Of a DNA stretch of 64,000 nucleotides, positions 23,764 through 36,300 are shown piece by piece. Where the stretch lies: NCBI GenBank assembly GCA_010093815.1, contig ML996566.1; one strand, written 5' to 3'. This DNA comes from Pseudovirgaria hyperparasitica. Lineage: Eukaryota. The position numbers were made by a program, and so were the translations under genes. The first letter of the stretch is position 1. Every line of letters starts with the position of its first letter. Under the pieces are notes generated by a model. The model ran no database searches, was not told the DNA's origin, and worked only from the letters and a program-made list of their open reading frames with translations.

Positions 23764-26700
23764 GCCTCCTCTTCTGTCTGTCTACATTGCAAGACGATAT
23801 GGCGAACTTCGCTGCAACTTTCGAGTTACTGGAATCAATCTCAATCGTGTCACGCCGATCAACCTGGGTCCAATCCACAAATAGAGAGGTAAGCCATGTA
23901 CCTATACAAACACACATATAGCACTTATGATTAACCAGTAGTACCCTTTAGATGGTGAAAAGGGCTTACCAACATAACGTCTTTCCACATTCCCAAAGAC
24001 AGGCGCAGGCCGACAATAACCGTCACTCGATGTCATACACTACTGCCATCATTTAACGCGCGTTTACCAGTACTCGGGTGCACTTGCCACACCATTCGGC
24101 ATCATGTGCGTGTCCTATACGCTGCAGTACCAAATCGGCATCGCCTTCCATCGTTGACCGTTGGCCGATAGTGTACCAAACAATGTCCTGGTAACGCTAA
24201 CGCGGCAACTACGGGATAGGAACTATTGCTACCCCGGCCAGAAGCCTTTACGAAAAAAGAGAAATGAAGAGATTCCGCGGACGTGACGATGACCCAATTG
24301 CCTGGTTCATATGAAATACCCTATCGCAAAAATAGTGTCGTATATCTGGCGATTCTCGGGAACCAGAGTAACGACCGTATAGTATACTTTTCTATGTCGA
24401 GTGATCCATTTATAGGGTCACTTAAAGTAGGAAGGTTGTGCGGGAATTACGCTTAAGTAGGGCTAGAACTGTATTGTGTGGCTGGAATGTCTGCAGGAAT
24501 TGATATGCGTGTTGACTTAGCGATGGTGCTTCACGGGTGTTCAGTCGCGTATTCAAAGATGTGAAGGACTGTGCGCTGGGACCCTTCGTCATGACGGGGC
24601 TGTTGAACCGCCATGTCAAGTTTGCACGTTTTGGGGTTGCGAGTGTCGCAAACGGACGTGCTTCGCGACCCGATCAACGAAGAATGCTGAGCTCAGACAT
24701 GCGAGACTTGGGCAAAGCAAGAACGCATTGCGCCTCCTCGAGGTGCTGCAAAAGACACTTACCTGGTCGAGGCTCAGACACATAGCGGACTCTCTCCTCC
24801 TAAAGCACTTCTCTGAGAGGATGAAGTCGCGGCGTTCTGTGACATGTGGCTAGCGAGCCGTGAAATTACTGTAACACCACTGCACAGTGCGTCTCTCAGC
24901 AAAGCTGCATACAGAAGAGCGCGGCCGGCAGCTTCAAGCGTTCCGGCCGACTTGTCGTGGTCCGTGGAGTACATGTGGGCCCCTCACGACCCTTGCTCAG
25001 CCCTGCGTTGGGGAATGATGCTTGGAATGCTTGTATGGAACCTTGACCCAAACAAACAACCGCAACAGCCTCCCGCAAACGCATCTGTCAATCCTTCACC
25101 CACAAAAACTGCTAAGGCCTTCAATAATTACTTTGCCACACAACTTTCCGCACTCAGCCAGACGATGCCAGAGTGCCAGGGCACCTGCAGCCGATGGGTC
25201 ACTGGCGATACCCGTTATACGCCCGCTGAACGTTCAGCACGTTCCTGCTTGCCCAAGGGATCGTGCTGCTCCAGTAACTCCGCCCTATACTTCGGGTGTT
25301 TTCTGTACAGACCGCTGCGGATGCAGCCGATTGATGCACAGGGGGCTTTCGCGGGGAAAGCGGCGAATGACGGAGCTTGCGGTTTGGCATGATATGGTTT
25401 GTACCTGTGCGTCTGAGGCTCTGTTGATCAGAGGAGGCAGTTTTACAGCATTCCCAGCCGTTTGGGTGGTCCCTGGGTTGCCTATACTTAGAAATAAGCA
25501 AGGTACGCTGGGGTGGTCGATCGACTGTACAGACGGATTTGCTCTTCATTGAAGCTTAGGTGAGAAGATGAGTATTCCTCTCTCTTACTGAAGCTTATGA
25601 TCATGACTGTACGGTAGCCCACATTAGTATTATCTGCTTGTGGCAACAGCATGATGTGGATTACTTCGACCGGAGCGGGATAGGAATGCACTGTAGTACA
25701 TCAAAACATGTGAGGCTCTCAATGTGATACTGGACATGATTTTGCCGCAACAGTGGCCGGTTTGGAGGAAGATTGTAGTGGGCATAGTCATGGGACCGAA
25801 CGGCCCTGGGCTGAGCTGGGCGGCCACACAGCTTCATCGAGAGGAGGACCGATGAGGGCCACTCCGATGACAGCATCTAGCCAGGACACTGGGATCTACA
25901 ATTGTGACTGCTGTCTGGCAGGCGTGTGCTTGTGCGTGTTTCTGTGGGCCTAAGCCAAATTCTGTCAGGTGTGGGTGGATGGCTGCAATTGGCATCGGCG
26001 TCAAGCGAAGAATGCTCGACGACCTCGCAATCTCTTTGTGTAACGATATGACCCCCCTGAGCTGTCGGAGACAGCACAACAGGAGTATCCCATCTTGGAA
26101 TGAACGAGCTGTGTTCCACTTTTTTTTGTCTGGTCTGGAGACAGTTTGGCGGCTGCTTTCGTCCAGTATCGCCCATGCTCGAGCGCAAGACTGTCCACGA
26201 TGGATCTCCTTCCAGCAATGATTCTTTTGATAGGACGAATAGCTCGAGGCGTTTTGGCTTTTTTAGGGCCTATTCATGCCCGACATTTGGGTGTGGCGCC
26301 GAATAGTCCAGTTGCTCCGCAGTAGTTGTATGTTAGTGACCGTTTTCGATTGAGGACTATGTTTGGTAGCTTCTAGCTGCTAGCTTGCTGTCAACTTGTT
26401 CTGCTAAGTCCTTTCATGAACCGTTCCCGTATCAGCTGAGGGCACTCCCTTTACCTTACCGGAAACAGTGGTCGACAACCAATCGCCGACCAGTTTGAAT
26501 CCGGCATACACTGTGCCCTAGTTGCCCGTCTTCAACGTCGCTATTGTCGATTTGCGGTCGATGTCTACATGTCGCTCATACCGGCTCCTTACAAATATTG
26601 GCCGCCGGCACGCTCATGCGTTGTAGACAAAGAATAGACCTTTCTTCGAGGGTCCCATAAATGCCGGCTGGCTTTCAGCGATTCAAAATACCAACAAAGG

Positions 26701-27353
26701 ACATCTCTGACCCTGCTCACTTGTCCTCATCGACATCACATTACCTCCTTTCCCTCCCTTTTACTCTCACACATACCCTTCTCTTCGCCGCCACTTTTGC
26801 ACGGAACGTTCGTAGAATATTCTTTTACTTGTTCTTTGGCTACTTTGCAGTTTGGTTCGGAAGCCTGCAGGATCAGACGTTTCCAACGACAAACAAACAC
26901 CTTAGCATCTTTCGATCTTCTCTTCATACTCTTCTCTGACATTTTCGACACCTCGTCATACAATACTTTCCGATTCTGGAGATATCGGGAGTTTTGATAT
27001 TATATAATCGATCCTCACAGTTGCTCGGCTGGCCTCGAGCATACTACAGCCTAATCACGAATCAGCTGAAGCCACAGTGGTCAGATAGACTCCAATCCTG
27101 GGCGTACTTCGTTCCGGACGAGATAATATCTGCAGACGTAAGTACCAGGACTTTACACTTTGCCAAGTCCTTCCAACATGCAGCCAGATTTGCCTTAGCA
27201 AGCTTAGATCTTGTGTGTCACTAACATCGCCCCTTCAGAGCAACGTCTCTGGCCACCTTCCCACGCTGCACCTGCATCTCCAAACATCAGATAACAACGT
27301 CTCTCGTGATGAGAGTCGCACCCCTTGTGCATCAGCAGCCTCCAACGCCCCCG

Positions 27354-28999
27354 ATGGCCGATCAGGAGCTTCAGTACAACTCGCATCATCTCGCACATCA
27401 CACAACTGATCAGGGTTACATGATGTCGAGACCGAATCCCTCATATGACTCGCCGATGCAGCATCATCATTCATACTACTCCCCTGTGCAGTATCACACA
27501 CACCTAGGAAGTCCAGTTGTCGAATCAGGGATCCAATTCGTGAGTGAACTCAAACGTTCAAGTGAGATGTATCGGTCTGACAGGCCAAGGGCGGCTACAG
27601 CGAAAATCAAGCCAACCCTTATCCCATGATTCCGGGTAACATGCGTCAACTCCAGGTACGTGTCTAAGCCCTTCCAATCATGCCCCTTGTAATGACCTTG
27701 TTTGCTTAGCAGTGCTCGCAATCAATACAGGGAAACTCTCCTCCAACTCCAAGATCCAGAACTGGAAGCGAACTGGGAGGTCGGGTTCCAAACGACTTTA
27801 ACGTTTCTATTCGACAGCGGATGGATCAGGGCTACTTCGCTCGCTCGATGAGCCGTACGTCATCTCCGCAGGTAGACGAGGGTATCTTTCGACCCAAGCT
27901 TCAACCGAAGGCCCGCAGGAGCAAGACAGGAAAGACAGATATGCCCAAGACTCCAAAGTTAACAGCTCCGCTCAGCATTCTCACGCACAACTTGATTGAT
28001 GTTCCCGTCAAGGACATGGAGACATGGGTTAATCGACCGCTAGCAGAACGACGCATCGAAGTCGAGAAGCGCAATGGATATGTCTCGCGCCCAATGAATT
28101 GTTTTATGCTATATCGATCGGCGTACCAGGAAAGAACGAAGGTGTGGTGTGTACACAACAACCATCAGGTCGTTTCGTCCGTCACAGGCGCGAGTTGGCC
28201 GATGGAACCGGCGGAAGTCCAAGAGCACTACAAAGAGTTAGCCAAGATCGAAAGGAAGAACCACGCAGCCGCATTTCCGCATTACAAGTTCTCCCCTAGC
28301 AAATCAGGAGTGGCTCCCAGAAAGCGCAAGAAAGAGTCATCGGAAGCTGGCGATACGGTCTTCGGCAGCCACAGTGAATTTGATGACGATGGGACGAATT
28401 TTGAAACGCCGAAATGTCGTGGCTTTATTAAGAGGTTCAAGAATGAGATGGATGACGTGAAGTATGATCCCGGAAGTGACTTTGGGAGCGAATCGACCAT
28501 CTATCCTCAGACTTCGAATGTCGACATCTGGCGGGACGTTGACACAAAGCCGCTGCCGAACTCGATAGCGACTGGGTCGTATGATGGGGTATATACGTCG
28601 CCATTGCAATCGACTGTAGCTTTGTTGTCCACGCCGCAAATGCAGCTAATGGATTACAATTCGGCCTACTATGCCCCTGTGCAGACTCTTTTAAGCATGC
28701 CCGAACAGCAACATGGGTTGTTCCAGGTCGATGCACGGACGGGGACGCCTATTCCAGAAGAAGGACATGTCGACCCAATGCTGATCACGCGTAGCCCGGA
28801 TGGTTCCAGGCTCAAACAAGAGTATGATTACGCACATGATCCAGTCATGACCCAAACACCTTTCTACCACAATGGTATGGGTTCTCCGATTCAACCGAGC
28901 GAACAAGAGTATAAGCCGGCACAGCACATATGGCAACAGAGCAGTCCTACAGCTATGACGCTTGAACACGAATCTGAATACAATAAGTGGTACGATTGA
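27354..28999 (+). CDS. MATA-type HMG-box transcription factor (possibly Ste11/FMF-1-like), 3 coding exons
   Basis: HMG box RNGYVSRPMNCFMLYRSAY..NNHQVVS..W..E..Y..LA.IER.NH...FPHYKFSP. Introns 27540-27583 and 27656-~27709 keep the frame. A further intron at ~27137-27238 lies in the 5' UTR. The N-terminus is uncertain. Confidence 0.8.
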
Positions 29000-29752
29000 A
29001 AGAGTTGCTGAGCCGAGTCGTAAGAAAATGTTAAAATGAGCTTGAAAATAACCGAAAATGCTGTACAAAGATGTCCATGGCTACATTTGATGCATTCATG
29101 CAGTAAAGGCGTATAGAGGATTCAACGATGGGCGATGGAGCTAAGGTTTATTATGTTTGGCTTGATCTAGTTGTCCGTTCATCGGTCTGACGATACCCCT
29201 CGGAGGCGGTGGTTGGAAGTCAAGAATCAATTGATCTACTTTATGTTAGTGACTATTTGCATAGTGTTCCTTATATCTCCTGATCTATCTCAGCTGCTGC
29301 GAGCTCGATCACGCTCTAGAGCAATGACACTCAACCGATCTTAATGATGTCCGCGTGATACCTGTTCGGGGCCATCTTTGTACGACATGGGCTTCCGTGC
29401 CAGCGGATTGTGGTGTCGTTTGGCCTGCGAGGTCTCAGAACACGATCGATATGACCGAGTCTGATTGGCCACGGTATAATGTGCATGCAATCATAAAAAG
29501 AATCTTCTTCCAGGTGACTGGGACTTCAGTCTCGACGCAGATAATTAGTGGAAAGGAAAGAAGCCCAACAAAGAGCGACCACGACGGTGAACTTCTTCTG
29601 CAAGGTAATTAGTTTTAGGGAAAGTGCTAGTAATGAATGAGTTTTAGCGCCCTGACGACACCCCTCGTCTAAATTTTGTCCAATCGCCGCGCCTTGACTC
29701 GACTCTGGATCTCAGCTCTAACCTCTTCACCTTGCGATGAGAGATCAAAACA

Positions 29753-30507
29753 ATGTACGGAGAGCTCGGTAACAAGCTTGTACAAGCCACTATCATGCTC
29801 TCAACATCTGCCAATTCTCACTGTTTCTAGGCACAACATGCAAAGCGCACACAGTCCTTGGCTCATCTTCCACCATACCAGACGGACATTGTCCGCGCTG
29901 TGACGCGAGAGGTACGCGACTTGGACAAAGACGTTTCAAACATCCTGGAGCCCTTCGCAGGATCATTCAACCCAGCGACGGAGCCGGCAACCGCGTGTGC
30001 ATTGCTTGTGAACCACCTTTGTATGCGCAGAGATAAGCGATGTCTATTGGCTTATCATCGCGTGCGCTCCGACAAGCTTGAGGAGATGTGCTGGAGCGGT
30101 ATCGATGCCCTCGAAAGGTCTCAGCAGCAAAATCCCACTAGTGGATCTGGGGAAGGTAGTGGTAATGATGGAGCTGGGAACTCTAGCAGCCTTAGTCCGG
30201 AAGAGGAGGAATATGTACGGCAGTACAGTGACTTGCTGGCAGCCTATAAGGGCCAGTATACAGACGTTGATCTAACGGGTAGCCTGCAGCCTCCACGGGA
30301 TCTCTTTATAGATGTCCGAGTGCTAAAAGATGCCGGGGAGATCCAAACTGAATATGGGTATGTCACATTTGTCGAACATTGTTGTATCACGATTTCGGAC
30401 TCATCAAGCCTAGGGCTATCACTCTTACGAAGAATAGCCAATTCTATGTTCGGCAGAGCGATGTTGAGCGTCTCATCGCGCAAGGTTATCTTCAACGACT
30501 GAGCTGA
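29753..30507 (+). CDS. PSF1: GINS complex subunit Psf1, 3 exons
   Basis: MYGELGNKL, LPPYQTDIVRAV, RDKRCLLAYHRVR, DLTGSLQPPRDLFIDVRVLKDAGEIQTEYG and VERLIAQGYLQRL. Confidence 0.95.
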
Positions 30508-31732
30508 TTTGAAGATTCATTGCTTTGGATCACTTCCAAGACCAACGCAACACCCAAGCAGTGGCCTGTAGCTTTCAGCTATCAGCAAAACGTATTCTTC
30601 CGACTCCACCATAACTGCTGAGCGACTCAGAACGAGAAGCTGCAGTCCCAGGCCATTTATTGCAGATTCGTCATGCTCATGACTTTCAACAAATCTGCCC
30701 ATGCTGCTACATAGTGTGCATGTGCTTCCACCAGGCTGGAAGATTATTTCCAACGTACAGCAGCATGCGAATCGCACTGGCTTCGCACGGTTGTGGCCTC
30801 ATAGAGCTCATAAAGGGTGTAGCGCATTTAGACGATCACGGAGAAGATTGCACCCAATTCAGTTGAAGAATATGTTCAGAGCACCCTCCTTACTCACATT
30901 TGACAGTGATTGCTGAGTTGAAACCTAGAATAGTTTTCAGCAGCGGTGTGTTTTCACTTTCGACCACGTTAGCCCCTCATCACACCTGCAGTGATATTCT
31001 CTGTAGGCCACCTGTAGCCTCATGCGGGACCAGTAGACCATACCCGAATTGTATGTGATGTGCGCATGGCCTGCAGCGGGCGGGGGCTGGGTGACGTTTG
31101 CTGGGGTTGAAAATAATCCCTGTAGACATTATTGTCCCAATAACATTAAAGGACGGCTAACGACTAATTTTCTTATGGATAAGACATCGTGCCATTGGAA
31201 TCCTTATAGGGGAATGTATTGTTCCATTCGCTGATTAACATCCAATATGGCCCGAATGAGTGTGTGCAGGTGGGACAATGAGCAATGGCGCCATTGCTGT
31301 CCATGCGTCGCGTCGCATAGTGGTGCCCGTGGGCCGTGAGGGGAAAAAACCACCCATAATCCTAGCGGAAAGTTCTGTTGATACCTGATCAAGAAGTTAA
31401 AACTACGCACTCCTCACATACTCACACGAGGCACAGCACATAGATCCTAGCACTATGGCAGCATCAGCATTCAATCACCATCGTCCGTGCCATCACCTCC
31501 TCCTCGCTATTCACTCTGACAGGTCACTATACTGTTCCCCGTCTCGCTCATGGGACCGACCTTGACTACCGTTCGCGTCCACCCTAGTCTTATCATCCCG
31601 TCAACCAGCCCCAATTAAACCTTCTTAGGTCTATGGCTGGAATTCCGAATGTCCACTGCCCTTAACACGGTGCTGAACTCCCTCGTCAGACCGGCTTCGA
31701 TGCATCACTTCACCTGACGCCTGCTGCGCACC

Positions 31733-34700
31733 ATGACTAGTCGGTCGCGGACATCTGGGGAGTCCTCTCGGTATGCCCAAGGCTCTGTACAGAACGACGA
31801 GCGTAAAGCGTCCGCGGCTCGTGAGATTTCTGTGCGAGACAGTACAGATTCAAACTCCATAAGATCATACCCAACTCTATCAGGATCTTACTTTTCCTCT
31901 TCGTACTCGTCAAGAACACCAGCGCGATCTTTCTTCCATCAGGCTTCTCATGCACCCTTAGGTATATACCCCAGGCGCCTAGCTCGCGCACGCGATTCTG
32001 TCTCCAATGTGCTCATTCTCAACTCTAGACAACCCGCAATATGCCTCACTGGGTGTCCGAGAGAAAACACAAGAACTTGCCAAATACGCCCTTGGCTCCG
32101 ACACACCTCCACCTCGACGCTATACCACATCTGAGCCCAGGGACAGAACGAATAGCGTCACAAGAGTTTTGGCAAATCATAACGTGACAAACAAGACCGG
32201 CCGCTCTGTAGACTCACTGGACGAGACGTCGCTGTCCGAACCACTATCTCATCAGCCTATACCTCAAAGCCAATTGTCGAATGGTAAATCAACCATCGGC
32301 TCGCGAAGCCTTTCCACCTACGGCATGCCTAATGGGTGTTCGCGATCTGTGTCACAATACACAGCCAAGGATGATGAGCGACAACCGCTGCTCAATCAAA
32401 ATAAATCTGCATCCCAAGAACGGGACGTACAGTATGGCACTTCAAATGGGCTACCAAGCTTTAAAAAAGGTGCAAATAGCTTTGTCAAGCACATATATTC
32501 AGCCGCTATCAACAAGGGGACAGGCGCCTGGCGTACACTACAGAGTCCCGAGACATGGAGCAGCAAGTCTATGAAGCGCTATGGGGCCAATAGTGTCAAG
32601 ACTTTCTCCGCTGTGTTTTTGGGAACTCTCCTGAACATACTCGATGGCCTTTCATACGGTACTAGAACAACACATGTGGTACATGAGCTTAGCTAATCCA
32701 GTAATAGGTCTGATCCTGTTCCCGCTCGGACACCCTATATTCGCGAACACAGGCCCAGACGGTATATCTATGTACTACGTGAGCTGCATTGTATCACAGC
32801 TAGTTTTTAGCCTTGGTGCAACCGTCTTCAAAGGTGGTGTTGGATCTGAAATGGCAAGTATGAGAACAGCGAACGCGCAGAGGCGTACTGACGAGGAATG
32901 CAGATTGAAGTTGTTCCATTTTTTCATAAGATGACGTATGCCATCATGGCACATATGGGCGAGGATGACCCAGCCGCTGTCATGGCTACAGTGATCGTGT
33001 CATATGCAATGAGCTCTATTCTTACCGGACTAATATTCCTCGCCCTCGGAACATTCAAACTTGGGAATCTAGTCAGCTTCTTCCCCAGAAATATACTTAC
33101 TGGCTGCATCGGCGGTGTCGGATTCTTCCTTTTCGTCACAGGAATCGAGGTCTCGGCACGCATTGATGGAAACCTGGAGTATAACTATGCCACCCTTCTC
33201 AAGCTCTTCCAGGCTGATACCATCGCGCTCTGGGTAACGCCTCTAGTCTTGTCGATCGCCATTCTACTTCTGAGGACTAAGGCCAAAAGTCCTCTAATCA
33301 TGCCAGCGTATTACACCAGTGTTGCTGTAATCTTTTACATCGTTGTAAAGGGTATCATGCGTCGTGATCTAGAAGATGTTCGCGCTAGTGGCTGGATATT
33401 CCCGAAGCCAGAAGCTGGAGTGCCTTTCTATAGGTTCTACTCCTATTTCCGTAAGCATTATATCTCGTATTCACACCGACGACTATCTGTTAATTACGAC
33501 TGTAGAGTTCGGTCTAGTCAACTGGGGTGCCATAGCGCAAACAATTCCGTCAATGTTCGCGCTGTCATTCTTTGGTATCATACATGTACCGATCAATGTA
33601 CCCGCTTTGGGCTTGGCTGTCAAGGAAGACAACGTCGATATCAATCGGGAACTCATTGCTCACGGACTGTCAAACACACTATCTGGCTGCGTTGGCAGTA
33701 TTCAGGCGAGTTTATCAAGCTACGTCCAATTGCCCATGCTAACATCGTGTTACAGAATTACCTTGTGTACGCAAATAGCTATCTTGTCTATCAAAATGGT
33801 GGTGACACCAGAATTGCAGGACTACTTCTTGCTTTGGCCACGACAGCTGTATGGATTGCTGGACCAGCCATGATTGGCTTCATACCCGTATGCGTGGTCG
33901 GTACTCTTATCTTCATGCTTGGTATCGAGCTCCTTGGCGAGGCAGTCTGGGACACGTGGGGTAAGCTGCACAAGCTGGAATATATGACAATCATAGTCAT
34001 TGTCCTCATCATGGGTATCTATGACTTCGTAGTTGGTATTGTCACCGGTATCGTTCTGGCATGTCTCAATTACGTGGTCCAAACATCGAGAACACCAGCC
34101 ATTCGAGCTAGTTACAATGGACGAATCGCTGAATCTACAGTCCGACGACCGCCAATGGACAAGAGATATCTCAACCAAGTGTCATCCCAGATTAGAGTTG
34201 AGAAATTGTCAGGCTTTTTGTTCTTTGGTACAATCGTAGCCGTTGAAGCAGAGATCCGAGCGTTGATTGACGAAGAAGCGTATCGTCAACGCCCTGTTCG
34301 ATATGTCATCATCGACTTCAAGCACGTTACCGGGATTGACTTTTCTGCAGCAGAAGCCTTCCAGCGCATCAGCCGCATTCTTCATGGTCGCATGGTGACC
34401 ATGATTCTATCTAGCGTGTCATTCACGACCGACGTCGGCAAGAGTCTCAACATGGTCGGTCTCTTCGACTCTGAAAATGCCGAAACACCACGCGTTTACG
34501 AAGACCTTAACAATGCTCTTGAAGCCTGCGAAAACGAGCTCATCGAGGTTTTCCACAAGCATCGTCTAGGAATACATACCCCTCCCGAATCCAAATCCAT
34601 CTCCATATCTCCACCGCGAAGCTCGCACGAACACTCTCTCAAGACGGCCGTCCTCGCACCAGCTTTCAGCTCTCCCCGTGGCAACCTCCTCCTACAAGCT

Positions 34701-35285
34701 GCTGCACACACCATCGAGGAGCATGGTGACATGGCACTCACGCCCGACGAAGATATGGTGATCCGCCCAGCCTGGAAACACTTCAGTCAACCCGTGAAAA
34801 TCATGCTGCAAACATTTGAGGATGTGTCAGCGCAAAACGAGGACTTCTGGCAGCGTGCTGCACTATACTTCACTCGGCGCGCCCTTGCAGCTGGCACCGT
34901 GCTCTATTCACGCGGCGACGAGCCCGATGGCTTCTTCCTACTCGAGAGTGGGCGTTTCCGCGCCGACTACAGCCTGGACCAGGGGAGTCTGCATGAAATC
35001 ATTCTGCCTGGCACGACGTGTGGCGAGCTACCATTCTTCAGCGACACGCAGCGTACCAGCACGGTAGCCGCGGAGCAGGACAGTGTTGCCTGGTTGTTGA
35101 CCAGGGAGCGGTGGGGGGAGTTAGAGAGGGAGGATGGCGAAGTTGCCAGGGAGTTGTTGAAGGTTGGGTTTAAATTGACGAGTGAGCGGATGACCGCTAT
35201 TACTTCGTAAGTTCGGTGGTCGATTGAGTGCGAACTACCAAAGCTAACTTATATGTGCAGATATATGCTTGTCACTGCTAGTTGA
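31733..35285 (+). CDS. VSB1: SulP/STAS/cNMP-domain vacuolar transporter (Vsb1/YGR125W-like), multi-exon
   Basis: [46 protein letters not shown] ([27 protein letters not shown]) and cNMP-like [11 protein letters not shown]. Confidence 0.88.
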
Positions 35286-35404
35286 AGGGTGTGTCTGCGT
35301 TTGATAACAGATGATATGTTACGGTATTTGGACAACAAGGCTGCTGTCACATATTGCAGAGGAGTTTGTGTCACACATATATACGTATAATAGCGAATAG
35401 CGAA

Positions 35405-35918
35405 GGAAGGAGGAGGAGGAGGAGGAGGAGGAGGAGGAGGTCATCTTTAGCATTTTTAGCGGACCTGCTTCACGCGATATCACAAGGCGGTAGTTTTGTT
35501 CCCAGCTCAAGCAATCTGCTTCATGTATATATCAATGATGATGTCATTTACAAGAGCGTCGTCTGGAGCTCCAAATAGAAGCGCTTCGGCGTGTACACCA
35601 TTTTTAACCTTGTGTGACTAGAAAACGGTGGTTTATTGTAATGGTGGTAGTGGTCGTCACTATAGTCAACATTTGGCGTCCTAGGGCTTGTCCTGGGCGA
35701 GCGATGCTTGTGAAAAAAATTAATAAGAAGAAGAAGAGGATGAAGAAGAAGACGAAGGGTCTCTGCGTGATGATTATTAACATCTCTCTTGTGATAATGT
35801 TGTTCGAATCAAGGGCTATTGAATGCCGAATAGCTATGAGTACGTACAGGCGGGTAACACGTATATCAAAGCACAACCTGGTAACATTGATTCACACACG
35901 CAAGCCATGCTTAGGCAT

Positions 35919-35950
<32 letters not shown>

Positions 35951-36300
35951 TGGTCATCGACAAGGCGAGAGAGGCCCAATGGTAAATAATCTAAAATGCG
36001 GCATCTTCTTAGTACAGGAGAGTGTTGTCTAGCTCTCGCAATAATTATTGATGCATCATGCAGGCAGCCCTGTGCCTGGAGCACAAGCCACGAGTCCACG
36101 ATAGTACCGGAAATACTCGCAGAAACCCACAACCAGGGCAAGGCCGGCACAGAAACCACCCATCCGCCAAGGGGTTGCGGTTGGGGCGTTTGGCGTTTCG
36201 TGCCTGGCGTGGAAAAAAAGAAAGAAAGAAATAAAGCATGGTGCGGCCGCAGGTCCTTGCGTTCCTAACACATACACACAAACACACACACCACAAGAAA
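35405..36300. repeat. Microsatellite-rich tract: (GAG)n, (AAG)n, (CAT)n(CAG)n, (CA)n
   Basis: Runs visible at ~35409-35440, ~35725-35755, ~35916-35950 and ~36268-36292. Confidence 0.85.

Noticed and set aside
24844..25552. ORFs of 182 and 176 aa in the HMG upstream region
   Set aside because: Non-coding-like composition, no recognisable motifs or supported splice structure.
35614..36032. ORFs with poly-K, poly-H/Q and poly-S tracts
   Set aside because: Produced by trinucleotide microsatellites.
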